From positions 1-55,876 of the forward strand of contig CAXMUG010000083.1 in the NCBI GenBank assembly GCA_964196535.1: a stretch of 55,876 nucleotides of DNA, in the 5' to 3' direction. Position 1 is the stretch's first letter. The number at the start of each line of letters is the position of its first letter. A model generated the notes under the pieces. The model made no database searches and had not been told where the DNA came from. It saw nothing but the letters and a program-made list of their open reading frames with translations. The stretch comes from an uncultured Mycobacterium sp. Lineage in GTDB: Bacteria > Pseudomonadota > Gammaproteobacteria > UBA4575. Positions 37,714-45,774 of this stretch are shown in pieces. A program made the translations under genes and the position numbers.

Positions 37714-38655
37714 TTAAGATTTCGCAGCAATTGCTTCAGCAGCTCGAACAACGTTCTCCGCCATTTTTGCAGAAGCCGCGTCGATCATCTTGCCATCCAA
37801 TGATGCAGCACCTTTGCCTTCTTTTGCAGCCTTGTCTAATTCTTCAAGGATACGGTGCGCTTTGGTTACTTCAGCTTCAGGTGGCGAGAAAACTTCGTTT
37901 GCCAACTCGATCTGGTTAGGGTGAATTGCCCATTTGCCTTCACAACCTAATGCAGCAGCACGGCGTGCACCGAGCAGGTAACCATCAGGATCACTGAAAT
38001 CACCAAATGGACCGTCGATAGGACGTAAGCCATAGGCGCGACAAGCAACCGTCATGCGTGAAATCGCAGCATGCCATTGATCACCCGGGTAATCAGGGTT
38101 TAAGCCACCGATGTTGGTAGTGCGTGCGCGATTACTCGCTGCATAATCCGCAACACCGAAGTGCATGGCTTCCATGCGTGGGCTTGAAGTAGCAATCGCT
38201 TCTACGTTTGCCATGCCCAATGCAGTTTCAATTAAAGCTTCAAGACCGATTTTATCTTCCAGTCCCATTGCTTCTTCGATTTGAGTAACCATGGCATCAA
38301 CCATATACACGTCACCCGTAGTTCCTACTTTAGGAATTAGTATGGTGTCTAGATTAGCGCCTGCTTGTTCGCAAACATCTACTACATCACGATACATGTA
38401 GTGAGTATCTAAACCGTTGATTCGAACCGATACGGTTTTACCGTTACCTTTCCAATCATGATTATTTAATGCTTCGATTACATTTTTGCGAGCTTGAACT
38501 TTGTCGTCAGGAGCTACGGCGTCTTCCAAGTCTAAAAATACATAGTCAGCCGCACAGGTTACGGCCTTTTCCATCATTTTAGGATTAGAACCAGGAACCG
38601 CTAGCTCACAACGTTGCACGCGTTGGCGTGCAGGTTTGTATAGAGTAAAACTCAT
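37714..38655 (-). CDS. mclA: Malyl-CoA lyase (HpcH/HpaI/CitE-like)
   Basis: The 313-aa ORF has an N-terminus (MSFTL...CELAVPGSNPKMMEKA...FLDLEDAVAPDDK) that matches Mcl as I recall it. It starts 12 nt downstream of sgaA. Confidence 0.88.
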   Translation of the reverse strand: MSFTLYKPARQRVQRCELAVPGSNPKMMEKAVTCAADYVFLDLEDAVAPDDKVQARKNVIEALNNHDWKGNGKTVSVRINGLDTHYMYRDVVDVCEQAGANLDTILIPKVGTTGDVYMVDAMVTQIEEAMGLEDKIGLEALIETALGMANVEAIATSSPRMEAMHFGVADYAASNRARTTNIGGLNPDYPGDQWHAAISRMTVACRAYGLRPIDGPFGDFSDPDGYLLGARRAAALGCEGKWAIHPNQIELANEVFSPPEAEVTKAHRILEELDKAAKEGKGAASLDGKMIDAASAKMAENVVRAAEAIAAKS

Positions 38656-38667
38656 AGTGTGTACCTT

Positions 38668-39930
38668 CTATTTTTTAGCTTTTCTTTTAGCTGGTGCTTT
38701 TTTCTTAGGAGCCGCTTTTGGTGCCGCGAACTTTTTGATTTTCTTACCGGTCTTGCGGTAGTACTCACCAGCAGCTGCAACGCCGCTTCCTGGCTTGATC
38801 TTGATGCCAGCATCAAGAAGGGCCATTTCTACAGTGCCTAAAGCTGCCATCATGCGCGCTTCGTTGTTGTCGCCGAGGTGACCGATACGGAAAACCTTGC
38901 CCGCAACTTTAGATAAGCCGGCACCTAGTGAGATGTTGTATTTATGGTATGCAATATGAATTACTTCATTCGCATTTTTGTTTTCAGGAACTAAGATTGC
39001 AGTAACGGTATCTGAGTTCCATTTTGCTGAAGTTGCACAAGTCTTTAAACCCCAGGCTTTAACGGCAAGACGTACACCTTCTGCTAAACGATGATGACGT
39101 TTAAAGGTATTTTCTAAACCTTCGCCTAAAATCAAATCAATCGCTGCACGTAGTCCGCGCAACATAGGAACAGACGGGGTGTAAGGGAAGAAACCATCTT
39201 TGTTGGTATTCATGTGGTCTTGAATATCTAGGAAACAGCGAGCACATTTTGCAGTTTTACGTTTTGCTAATGCACGTGGGCTGAATGCTAAAATAGCCAT
39301 GCCTGCTGGTAACATAAAGCCTTTTTGCGAACCACTTACCGCAATATCAACGCCCCATTTGTCCATTTGGAAATCGATGCTGGCTACAGAACTTACGCAG
39401 TCCACCATTAATAAAGCAGGGTGCTTAATTTGCTTTAGCATTTTGCCAACAGCACCAATATCACTGGTTACGCCTGTAGCAGTTTCGTTATGGCAACAAA
39501 CAACGGCTTTAATTTCGTGTTTCTTGTCAGCAAGAAGAATTTTCTTAAACTTCTCAACTGGAACGCCTTCGCCCCATGGAGTTTCTATTAGGTCTACTTC
39601 TAGGCCAATACGGCAAGCAAGGTCATACCATAAATGACTGAACTGACCAAAACGTGTAGTTAAGATTTTGTCACCTGGCGACATGGTGTTTGCTAAGGCA
39701 ACTTCCCAACCAGCTGTACCGGTTGCAGGGAATAAAAAGCATGTGCCTTTTGTAGTTTTGAAAATCTTTTTAACGTCTCGCAATAAAGGTTTAACGAGTT
39801 CAGGAAAGTCTGGTGCACGGTGATCTTCTTGAGGACAGATCATTGCATTTTGAACTTCTTGAGGAATGTGTGTAGGACCGGGGCAGAATAAATAATTTCT
39901 TCCAGGATAAGACAGTTTTTGTCCAGGCAT
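38668..39930 (-). CDS. sgaA: Serine-glyoxylate aminotransferase (class V) with a Lys/Ala/Pro-rich C-terminal tail
   Basis: The 420-aa ORF has the PLP-lysine context SGSQKGFMLPAG. It lies in the serine-cycle block and ends in KKFAAPKAAPKKKAPAKRKAKK. Confidence 0.88.
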   Translation of the reverse strand: MPGQKLSYPGRNYLFCPGPTHIPQEVQNAMICPQEDHRAPDFPELVKPLLRDVKKIFKTTKGTCFLFPATGTAGWEVALANTMSPGDKILTTRFGQFSHLWYDLACRIGLEVDLIETPWGEGVPVEKFKKILLADKKHEIKAVVCCHNETATGVTSDIGAVGKMLKQIKHPALLMVDCVSSVASIDFQMDKWGVDIAVSGSQKGFMLPAGMAILAFSPRALAKRKTAKCARCFLDIQDHMNTNKDGFFPYTPSVPMLRGLRAAIDLILGEGLENTFKRHHRLAEGVRLAVKAWGLKTCATSAKWNSDTVTAILVPENKNANEVIHIAYHKYNISLGAGLSKVAGKVFRIGHLGDNNEARMMAALGTVEMALLDAGIKIKPGSGVAAAGEYYRKTGKKIKKFAAPKAAPKKKAPAKRKAKK

Positions 39931-40172
39931 AACGAGAACCCTTATATGTGATATTAATGTTTAGTTTAAGAAGGAGCCCCGCAGCATATAGTTTTTTTCG
40001 AGGTGGCCGGAGCTGCCAATAATTTTACGCGCAAACAAGTTGCGCGAAAGGTCAAGCATCTTGCCATAAGCCCTAAAGTGGCTCAAGCCATTTGCATATT
40101 ACGAGTTGGGTATTATAGGGATATAAAAGTGGTTTTAGCGAATTTGTTGTGCCAATTTACAGTGAGCATTGC

Positions 40173-41051
40173 TTATAAGGCGTTTTGTAATTTGGCCGCA
40201 TACAAAGTGTTTTCTAGTAAACAGGCTACCGTCATGGGTCCTGTGCCCCCCGGCATAGGTGTGATAGCGCCTGCGATTGATTGCACGGCTTCAAAATCTA
40301 CATCACCTCGAATACCCTCATCGGTTCGAGTGACTCCTACATCAATTACTGCAGCCCCTGGTTTGATGTGTTCTTGTTTAACAAGATGTGCAATGCCCGC
40401 TGCGGCAACTACAATGTCAGCAGATTTGGTAAATGCACCGATATCACCACTGCGTGAATGGGCTAAAGTTACAGTGGCATCAGTGCCTTTGCGCCCTAGT
40501 AACAAAACTTGCGGAAGCCCCACTAAAGTGGAACGCCCAATAACTACTGCACGTTTGCCACTGGTTTCTATCTCGTAGTGCTCGAGTATGCGCATCACAC
40601 CTAGAGGCGTGCAGGGTACTAATCCAGGTACGCCGCGCATAAGTTTGCCTAGATTATTTTCACTTAAACCATCGACATCTTTTTCAGGCGGCAATAAATC
40701 GATAATTTTATGTGTGTCGAGTTGTTTTGGTAATGGCAACTGAATCAATATTCCATGCACGCTAGGATCATTAGCAAGCTTAGTTATTTCTTCACAGGCT
40801 TGTGACATGGATATATTACTAGCGAGTTCAACATGCTTGGATTGAATACCAATGGTGGCTGCACGTTTTTCTTTCATGCTCACATAGAGTTTGCTAGCGG
40901 GGTCGTTCCCTATAAGCACAGTGGCAAGAGTTACTTTTGCGTTAGGAGATTGTGCTAGCTGCTTGGCTATTTTACTTTGAACTGCTTCGGCAACCACATT
41001 TCCATTCATTAGGATTGCGCCGCCAGGAGTTTTGTTAAATTCTGTTGTCAT
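40173..41051 (-). CDS. folD: Bifunctional methylene-THF dehydrogenase / methenyl-THF cyclohydrolase
   Basis: The 292-aa ORF has FolD signatures (ASKLYVSMKEK, HGILIQLPLP, CTPLGVM, VVIGRSTLVG, PMPGGTGPMTVA). Confidence 0.95.
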   Translation of the reverse strand: MTTEFNKTPGGAILMNGNVVAEAVQSKIAKQLAQSPNAKVTLATVLIGNDPASKLYVSMKEKRAATIGIQSKHVELASNISMSQACEEITKLANDPSVHGILIQLPLPKQLDTHKIIDLLPPEKDVDGLSENNLGKLMRGVPGLVPCTPLGVMRILEHYEIETSGKRAVVIGRSTLVGLPQVLLLGRKGTDATVTLAHSRSGDIGAFTKSADIVVAAAGIAHLVKQEHIKPGAAVIDVGVTRTDEGIRGDVDFEAVQSIAGAITPMPGGTGPMTVACLLENTLYAAKLQNAL

Positions 41052-41111
41052 TAGAATATTATGCTTTAGAACTAGCGCTTAGGATAGGTGGTTACCTAAA
41101 TCAGATTACGC

Positions 41112-41146
41112 AAAAAAAAGCCGCTATTAAGTAGCGGCTATTTTTA
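41112..41146 (-). terminator. Strong Rho-independent terminator after the Ftr-like gene
   Basis: The minus-strand RNA reads AGCCGCUA-CUUAA-UAGCGGCU followed by a run of 8 U. The plus strand is also flanked by a T-run, so the terminator may work in both directions. Confidence 0.82.
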
Positions 41147-41164
41147 ATACACGAAATGTTTAAT

Positions 41165-42088
41165 TTATTCAGCAGGCTGTTTGCTTGGATCTAGGTAGAT
41201 AAAGCTCTTACCTAGCTTTCCATTGTAGTTACCTGCAGAAATCATAATCAGTCCTGGTGTGTCTACCGAAGCTTTGATTGCGGCTTGCGTCGCATCAATA
41301 ATCGGCTGCATGCCTTGACCATTCATGATGATTTCCATCACACAGTTAACGCCTTCCGGCAATCCTGCTTCAACCGTAGGATCATCTTGTAACATTGGGC
41401 AGAATTTTTCGTAAGTGCTGGCAATGGTGAAGTCATAGCTACTTCCAGCTTTTGAGCCACTGCCTGCAATACCGCCCGGGAAGGTTGAGATCACACCCGG
41501 CATTGGGAGGATCGCTTCCACGCCTTTTTCTGCAGCAAGGAGTGCGGAATCCACACTGTCACCAAAGAACCAAAGGTTGCCACCCATAAGCCCATCTGCA
41601 TATCCAAGACGACGATCTAAAATGAATTCTCCACCTAAGATTGGAATCCACCACATTTTGCGACCAAAACGCTCGATGCGTTTTTGGTAGCCGTTACCGA
41701 AGTAAGCGACTTTACGACCCATGTGGTAATACTCTTCTGAATCAACTAGGTTGAAACATGAAGCGGTAGGGCAAGTCATAACGTTTTGACTGATACGCAC
41801 TAATGCAGATCTTTCTAACGCTTCTACACGATCTTTGCGAAAGCGTGGAATGTGAAGTTGCACGATAGCGCCTGGGCGACCATCTGGAGTTTCAAAACTT
41901 TCGTCACCACCTGGACCGACATAACGATCCATCCCAGCTTCACAATCACACAAGATTGAACTTGATGCGTTACCCGTTGCAGCGTTAACCGCGTGGTCTA
42001 ACCATTTACGGTCACGTGCAGTGATTAAAAATTCTGTGTAGAGGCTTTTAAACGCTTCTGCGTAAGTATCATCAATTTTTGCAGCCAT
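41165..42088 (-). CDS. Formylmethanofuran:tetrahydromethanopterin formyltransferase-like protein (Ftr/FhcD family), stand-alone
   Basis: The 307-aa ORF aligns by eye along its whole length with Ftr (DDTYAEAF..., ETPDGRPG, GNGYQ...GRKMWWIPILGGEFI, GGNLWFFG, FPGGIAGSGSKAGS, GNYNGKLG). No fhcA, fhcB or fhcC is adjacent. Confidence 0.85.
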   Translation of the reverse strand: MAAKIDDTYAEAFKSLYTEFLITARDRKWLDHAVNAATGNASSSILCDCEAGMDRYVGPGGDESFETPDGRPGAIVQLHIPRFRKDRVEALERSALVRISQNVMTCPTASCFNLVDSEEYYHMGRKVAYFGNGYQKRIERFGRKMWWIPILGGEFILDRRLGYADGLMGGNLWFFGDSVDSALLAAEKGVEAILPMPGVISTFPGGIAGSGSKAGSSYDFTIASTYEKFCPMLQDDPTVEAGLPEGVNCVMEIIMNGQGMQPIIDATQAAIKASVDTPGLIMISAGNYNGKLGKSFIYLDPSKQPAE

Positions 42089-42091
42089 CTT

Positions 42092-42730
42092 TTATCCTCG
42101 ACCGATGCCTTCGTACACAGCATCTTCAGTAACGACTTTGTCCATAAATACATCATGTGGAGCAACAAGTATTTCATCAAATATTTGTGACTCATAGCAT
42201 AATGCTACAAGTGGGCAATCAGCGCGAAGTTGCTCAAGTAGACGGTCATAGTAACCTTGTCCATTACCCATGCGACCACCCTTCTTATCGAAGCCTGTAC
42301 CAGGAACCATGATGATGTCGATTTCTTCAGGAGTCACCTCTTTTTCTGGGTTGCCCCATAATTCTTTAGGTGGTTCTAGGATGTCCCATTTGCCAACAAC
42401 CATTTCTTCTAAGCTTTCCATCCACCAAAGGCCAAGCTTGTTATCGCCATTTTCGTCTTCAGTGCAATAAGGAACGATAATTTTCTTTTCGCCCTTGTTA
42501 ACTTCTGCAATTAATTCATCTTTTGTGCGAGTCTCAGAGCGGCAATCGATATACCACATTGCAACATTGGATTTTTGGTACTCAGAGAGAGCCATAAAAT
42601 TTGCACAAGCTTTTGCACTAACTTCTTCTTTGTTTTCTTGAGCAGCACGACGGTCGTATGCTTCACGACGCATTTTGTTTTTGCGCTCCATTACTTTTTC
42701 TAGTTCTTCGGGGGATAATAATGTCGCCAT
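42092..42730 (-). CDS. 5-formyltetrahydrofolate cyclo-ligase family protein
   Basis: The 212-aa ORF has the characteristic C-terminal half (WDILEP...IDIIMVPGTGFDKKGGRMGNGQGYYDRLL). Its stop lies 3 nt from the Ftr-like start. Confidence 0.85.
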   Translation of the reverse strand: MATLLSPEELEKVMERKNKMRREAYDRRAAQENKEEVSAKACANFMALSEYQKSNVAMWYIDCRSETRTKDELIAEVNKGEKKIIVPYCTEDENGDNKLGLWWMESLEEMVVGKWDILEPPKELWGNPEKEVTPEEIDIIMVPGTGFDKKGGRMGNGQGYYDRLLEQLRADCPLVALCYESQIFDEILVAPHDVFMDKVVTEDAVYEGIGRG

Positions 42731-42839
42731 CGACAGCTCCTTAAAGTTTTAGTGGTAAGACTAAAATGGTAATAATCAGAACGGGCAATCCTATCTACTT
42801 ATTCCACCCCTGACAATTTATGCTTTATAGATACTTAGT

Positions 42840-42865
42840 AACTCTGAATGAAGCCATTCTGAGTT
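42840..42865. promoter_or_regulatory. Imperfect 11-bp inverted repeat AACTCTGAATG-AAGC-CATTCTGAGTT upstream of the 5-FCL/Ftr-like operon
   Basis: 10 of the 11 positions pair. The repeat lies 110-135 nt upstream of the 5-FCL ATG. Confidence 0.35.
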
Positions 42866-42902
42866 CTTCGGAGAAGAAAAACGAAAATTCGATATCTTTT
42901 TT

Positions 42903-42940
42903 TCACGATTTACAATCACTTATGTGATTGTAAATCGTGA
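42903..42940. repeat. Perfect 17-bp inverted repeat (TCACGATTTACAATCAC-TTAT-GTGATTGTAAATCGTGA)
   Basis: I verified base by base that the arms are exact reverse complements. The repeat lies between the ilvD stop (42984) and the 5-FCL start (42730). Confidence 0.85.
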
Positions 42941-42983
42941 TGCTTACCTGCATAACAGTGAATTTATAGAGCCATCAATTCGG

Positions 42984-44675
42984 TTAGTCCGTCACAGCGC
43001 CGTTTGATGCGGAAGATACTTGTGCTGCATATTTAGCTAAAACCCCACGTTTATAACGGGGTTTCGGTGCGGTCCATTTCTTTTTACGCTGCGTGAGTTC
43101 TTTCTTAGATAGATTCACGTTGATCTCACGTTTTTGTGCATCGATGGTGATTTGATCGCCATTCTTAACTAGAGCGAGTGGCCCACCCACTGCAGCTTCT
43201 GGCGTGATGTGGCCAACGACAAAACCATGGCTACCGCCTGAGAAGCGGCCATCGGTAATTAAAGCAACGTCTTTGCCGAGTCCTTTGCCCATGATTGCAG
43301 AAGTAGGTGACAACATTTCGCGCATCCCCGGGCCGCCTTGCGGACCTTCATAGCGAATCACGATTACATCACCTTTCTTAATTCCACCATCGAGAATTTT
43401 TTCTAAAGCTTTTTCTTCTGACGCAAACACGCGCGCTTTACCGGTGAAACTTAAACCTTCTTTGCCAGAAATTTTAGCTACTGCCCCTTCGGGAGCTAAG
43501 TTTCCATAAAGAATAACTAAGTGGCTGTCTTTTTTAATTGGATTGTCAAAATCGCGAATAATATCTTGCGACTTTGGATAAGGTTTAACATTTTTTAAAT
43601 TTTGCGCCAGTGTTTTACCAGTAACTGTTAAGCAGTCACCATGTAGTAAACCTTGATCTAAAAGTTTTTTCATTAATGGCTGTATACCACCAATCTCAAT
43701 TAGCTCGGACATCATGTATTTACCGCTCGGACGTAAATCCGCAAGTACTGGAATTTTTTTGCCCACACGGGTGAATTCATCAATAGTGAGTTTCACTCCT
43801 ATAGCATGCGCCATTGCGAGTAAGTGCAGCACTGCATTGGTTGAGCCGCCTAGAGTAATCAAAACCGTAATAGCATTTTGGAATGCTTTTTTGGTCATGA
43901 TATGTTTCGGTAAAATGTTTTTGTCGATTAAATTCATCACAGCTTCGCCAGCAGCGACGCAATCATTTTGTTTATCGTTTGAAATTGCGTTTTGTGCGGA
44001 ACTATTAGGCAAGCTCATGCCTAAGGCTTCGATAGCTGAAGCCATGGTGTTGGCGGTGTACATGCCGCCACATGAGCCGGCGCCCGGAATTGCTGCCGAC
44101 TCGACTTGCTTAAGTTCCTGGTCGCTTAATTCTTTTTTAGCGTGTTGTCCTACGGCCTCAAAAACGGAAACCACATCCACTTTTGTGTTTTTATAATTAC
44201 CTGGCATGATCGTTCCGCCATAGACAAATACAGAGGGGCGATTCAAGCGTGCAAGCGCAATTAAACATCCCGGCATATTTTTGTCGCATCCACCGATGGT
44301 GACGATGCCATCAAATCCTTCGCATCCTGCAACCGTCTCAATTGAATCTGCAATTACTTCACGAGATACTAATGAGTACTTCATCCCCTCAGTACCCATA
44401 GAAATGCCATCTGAAATTGTAATGGTGTTAAAGATGACTGCTTTGCCGCCGGCTTGATTTGCACCTTTTGCAGCTTCATCCGCAAGTTTGTTGATGTGCA
44501 TATTGCAAGGAGTGACCATGCTCCAGGTAGAAGCAATTCCGATTTGAGGCTTCTTGAAGTCTGCGTCTTCAAAACCTACCGCACGTAACATTGCGCGACT
44601 GGGCGCACGTTCGACTCCATCGACTACGATAGACGAGTATTTTCTTGCTTGCTTGTTATTTGATTGTTTAGCCAC
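42984..44675 (-). CDS. ilvD: Dihydroxy-acid dehydratase
   Basis: The 563-aa ORF has IlvD/Edd signatures ([41 protein letters not shown]). Confidence 0.97.
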   Translation of the reverse strand: MAKQSNNKQARKYSSIVVDGVERAPSRAMLRAVGFEDADFKKPQIGIASTWSMVTPCNMHINKLADEAAKGANQAGGKAVIFNTITISDGISMGTEGMKYSLVSREVIADSIETVAGCEGFDGIVTIGGCDKNMPGCLIALARLNRPSVFVYGGTIMPGNYKNTKVDVVSVFEAVGQHAKKELSDQELKQVESAAIPGAGSCGGMYTANTMASAIEALGMSLPNSSAQNAISNDKQNDCVAAGEAVMNLIDKNILPKHIMTKKAFQNAITVLITLGGSTNAVLHLLAMAHAIGVKLTIDEFTRVGKKIPVLADLRPSGKYMMSELIEIGGIQPLMKKLLDQGLLHGDCLTVTGKTLAQNLKNVKPYPKSQDIIRDFDNPIKKDSHLVILYGNLAPEGAVAKISGKEGLSFTGKARVFASEEKALEKILDGGIKKGDVIVIRYEGPQGGPGMREMLSPTSAIMGKGLGKDVALITDGRFSGGSHGFVVGHITPEAAVGGPLALVKNGDQITIDAQKREINVNLSKKELTQRKKKWTAPKPRYKRGVLAKYAAQVSSASNGAVTD

Positions 44676-44767
44676 TTACTATACCGTGCAGAGATATTTT
44701 AGTCTGCATAGTGTAGATGCAAACGCCTGTTGGTGTCAGCTTATGAGGCAAATTTATTTTGGATGGT

Positions 44768-45757
44768 TTATTGAGAAGGGCAAGAAATATTTGGGCAAGA
44801 CTTTAAGGTTGATTTGTTTGAAGATTGGCTGATTTCGCGTTTTGAGTCCAGGAATTCAGGATTATTGGGATTTAAAGAAATTGCACATTGAATCGAATTT
44901 AATGAAGGCTGATAACATGATTGTGCCAGTAGGCTATAAGCAAGGTTGTTATATATATCTGCACGCTTTGGATTTAATTCACGCGCCTGTAAATAGTATG
45001 AGGTTGAACTTTCAGGATTACCCAGTGTTAAGTGGGTATTCGCTGCACCCATTACGGCAACTAAACTTTCGGGCCAACGCTTTGTAATGGTCTGATAGGT
45101 CTGATTTGCTGCTTTTATTTGTCCGACTTCTTCTAGATCCACTGCTGCTTGTAGTGCATTTATCAAATTGCGGTCATTGGGTAATGTGTCTGTTGGCAGT
45201 ACTGCCATCGCCCAGCGTTTTGAGCGTTTCCAAGTAAATTCGAATACACTCATGGAGACTACGTAATTTTCATTTAGACCAGAATGCAAATAAATTTGTT
45301 TTTTATCTAAGTCATATCCAATCACTAATGCGTAATGCCAGACAGGATAATATTTAACGGCTTTGTTTTGTAAAATGATGACTGGGTGCCCTACTGAAAC
45401 TTCGGCTAGCAAGTAAACTAATTCAGGCGTGAGCTCATAGGCAATCATCCCTCGTTTGCGGACTGCGGCTTTCATTTCTGCTTGAAAACTACCTTTGCGT
45501 CCAGGCGTGAATACATCTTTGGCAAGTTCTTTGGGGGTTAGCTTTTTACCATAAAAATTCATCGCCATTGATAAGGTAGAGGGTCCGCAATGAAATTGTT
45601 GTTGCGGGTAAAAAGGTACGTCTTTTACAAACGCCTTAGAAGGAAGGTCACGAGGGCGTTCTAATTGTAATTGCTTGCTTTGTGGTGCAACGCATGCAGA
45701 AAGTGAAATTAAGAACAAAAAAATACCCGCAATGTAGCGGGCATTTTTTAATATCAA
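44768..45757 (-). CDS. PA2778-type cysteine peptidase lipoprotein (C39-like papain fold plus TPR repeats)
   Basis: The ORF has a catalytic Cys context (QQQFHCGPSTLSMAM) and a His context (PVWHYALVIGYD), with C-terminal TPR-like repeats. I prefer the TTG start at 45757 (AAGG 5 nt upstream), which gives a lipoprotein signal ending in the lipobox LSAC. The longer ORF-track start at 45856 would overlap the upstream gene. Confidence 0.72.
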   Translation of the reverse strand: MILKNARYIAGIFLFLISLSACVAPQSKQLQLERPRDLPSKAFVKDVPFYPQQQFHCGPSTLSMAMNFYGKKLTPKELAKDVFTPGRKGSFQAEMKAAVRKRGMIAYELTPELVYLLAEVSVGHPVIILQNKAVKYYPVWHYALVIGYDLDKKQIYLHSGLNENYVVSMSVFEFTWKRSKRWAMAVLPTDTLPNDRNLINALQAAVDLEEVGQIKAANQTYQTITKRWPESLVAVMGAANTHLTLGNPESSTSYYLQARELNPKRADIYNNLAYSLLAQSCYQPSLNSIQCAISLNPNNPEFLDSKREISQSSNKSTLKSCPNISCPSQ

Positions 45758-45774
45758 AAAGGCCTTACTAATGA

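Noticed and set aside
40003-40578. A 191-aa plus-strand ORF overlaps folD. Similar antisense ORFs occur at 30687-31142 (mtdA), 7948-8406 (hppA), 43714-44196 (ilvD), 34989-35303 (hprA) and 39299-39637 (sgaA).
   Set aside because: Each one is antisense to a strongly supported conserved gene. Their composition is Ala/Ser/Pro/Thr-rich, as expected from reading GC-richer codons backwards. None has independent support.
42903-42940. The 17-bp hairpin could be read as a canonical Rho-independent terminator of ilvD.
   Set aside because: In the minus-strand transcript the stem is followed by an A-run, not a U-run. The T-run lies on the wrong side. I kept it as an inverted repeat of unknown role.
39931-42983. 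I looked for ZTP (pfl), THF or glycine riboswitches in the leaders of folD, sgaA and the 5-FCL operon.
   Set aside because: I could not find the conserved cores I remember for these classes, such as the CCGCCUGGGC-type ZTP 3' hairpin or the tandem glycine aptamer GGAGAG...CACCG elements. A covariance-model scan would be needed to rule them out formally.
45726-45743. The hairpin plus U-tract could be read as a simple terminator separating the PA2779-like and PA2778-like genes.
   Set aside because: It lies inside the only reading frame that gives the peptidase a signal peptide and lipobox. A full stop here would leave the peptidase without a start or export signal. It is at most an attenuator, so it is mentioned under the module finding only.
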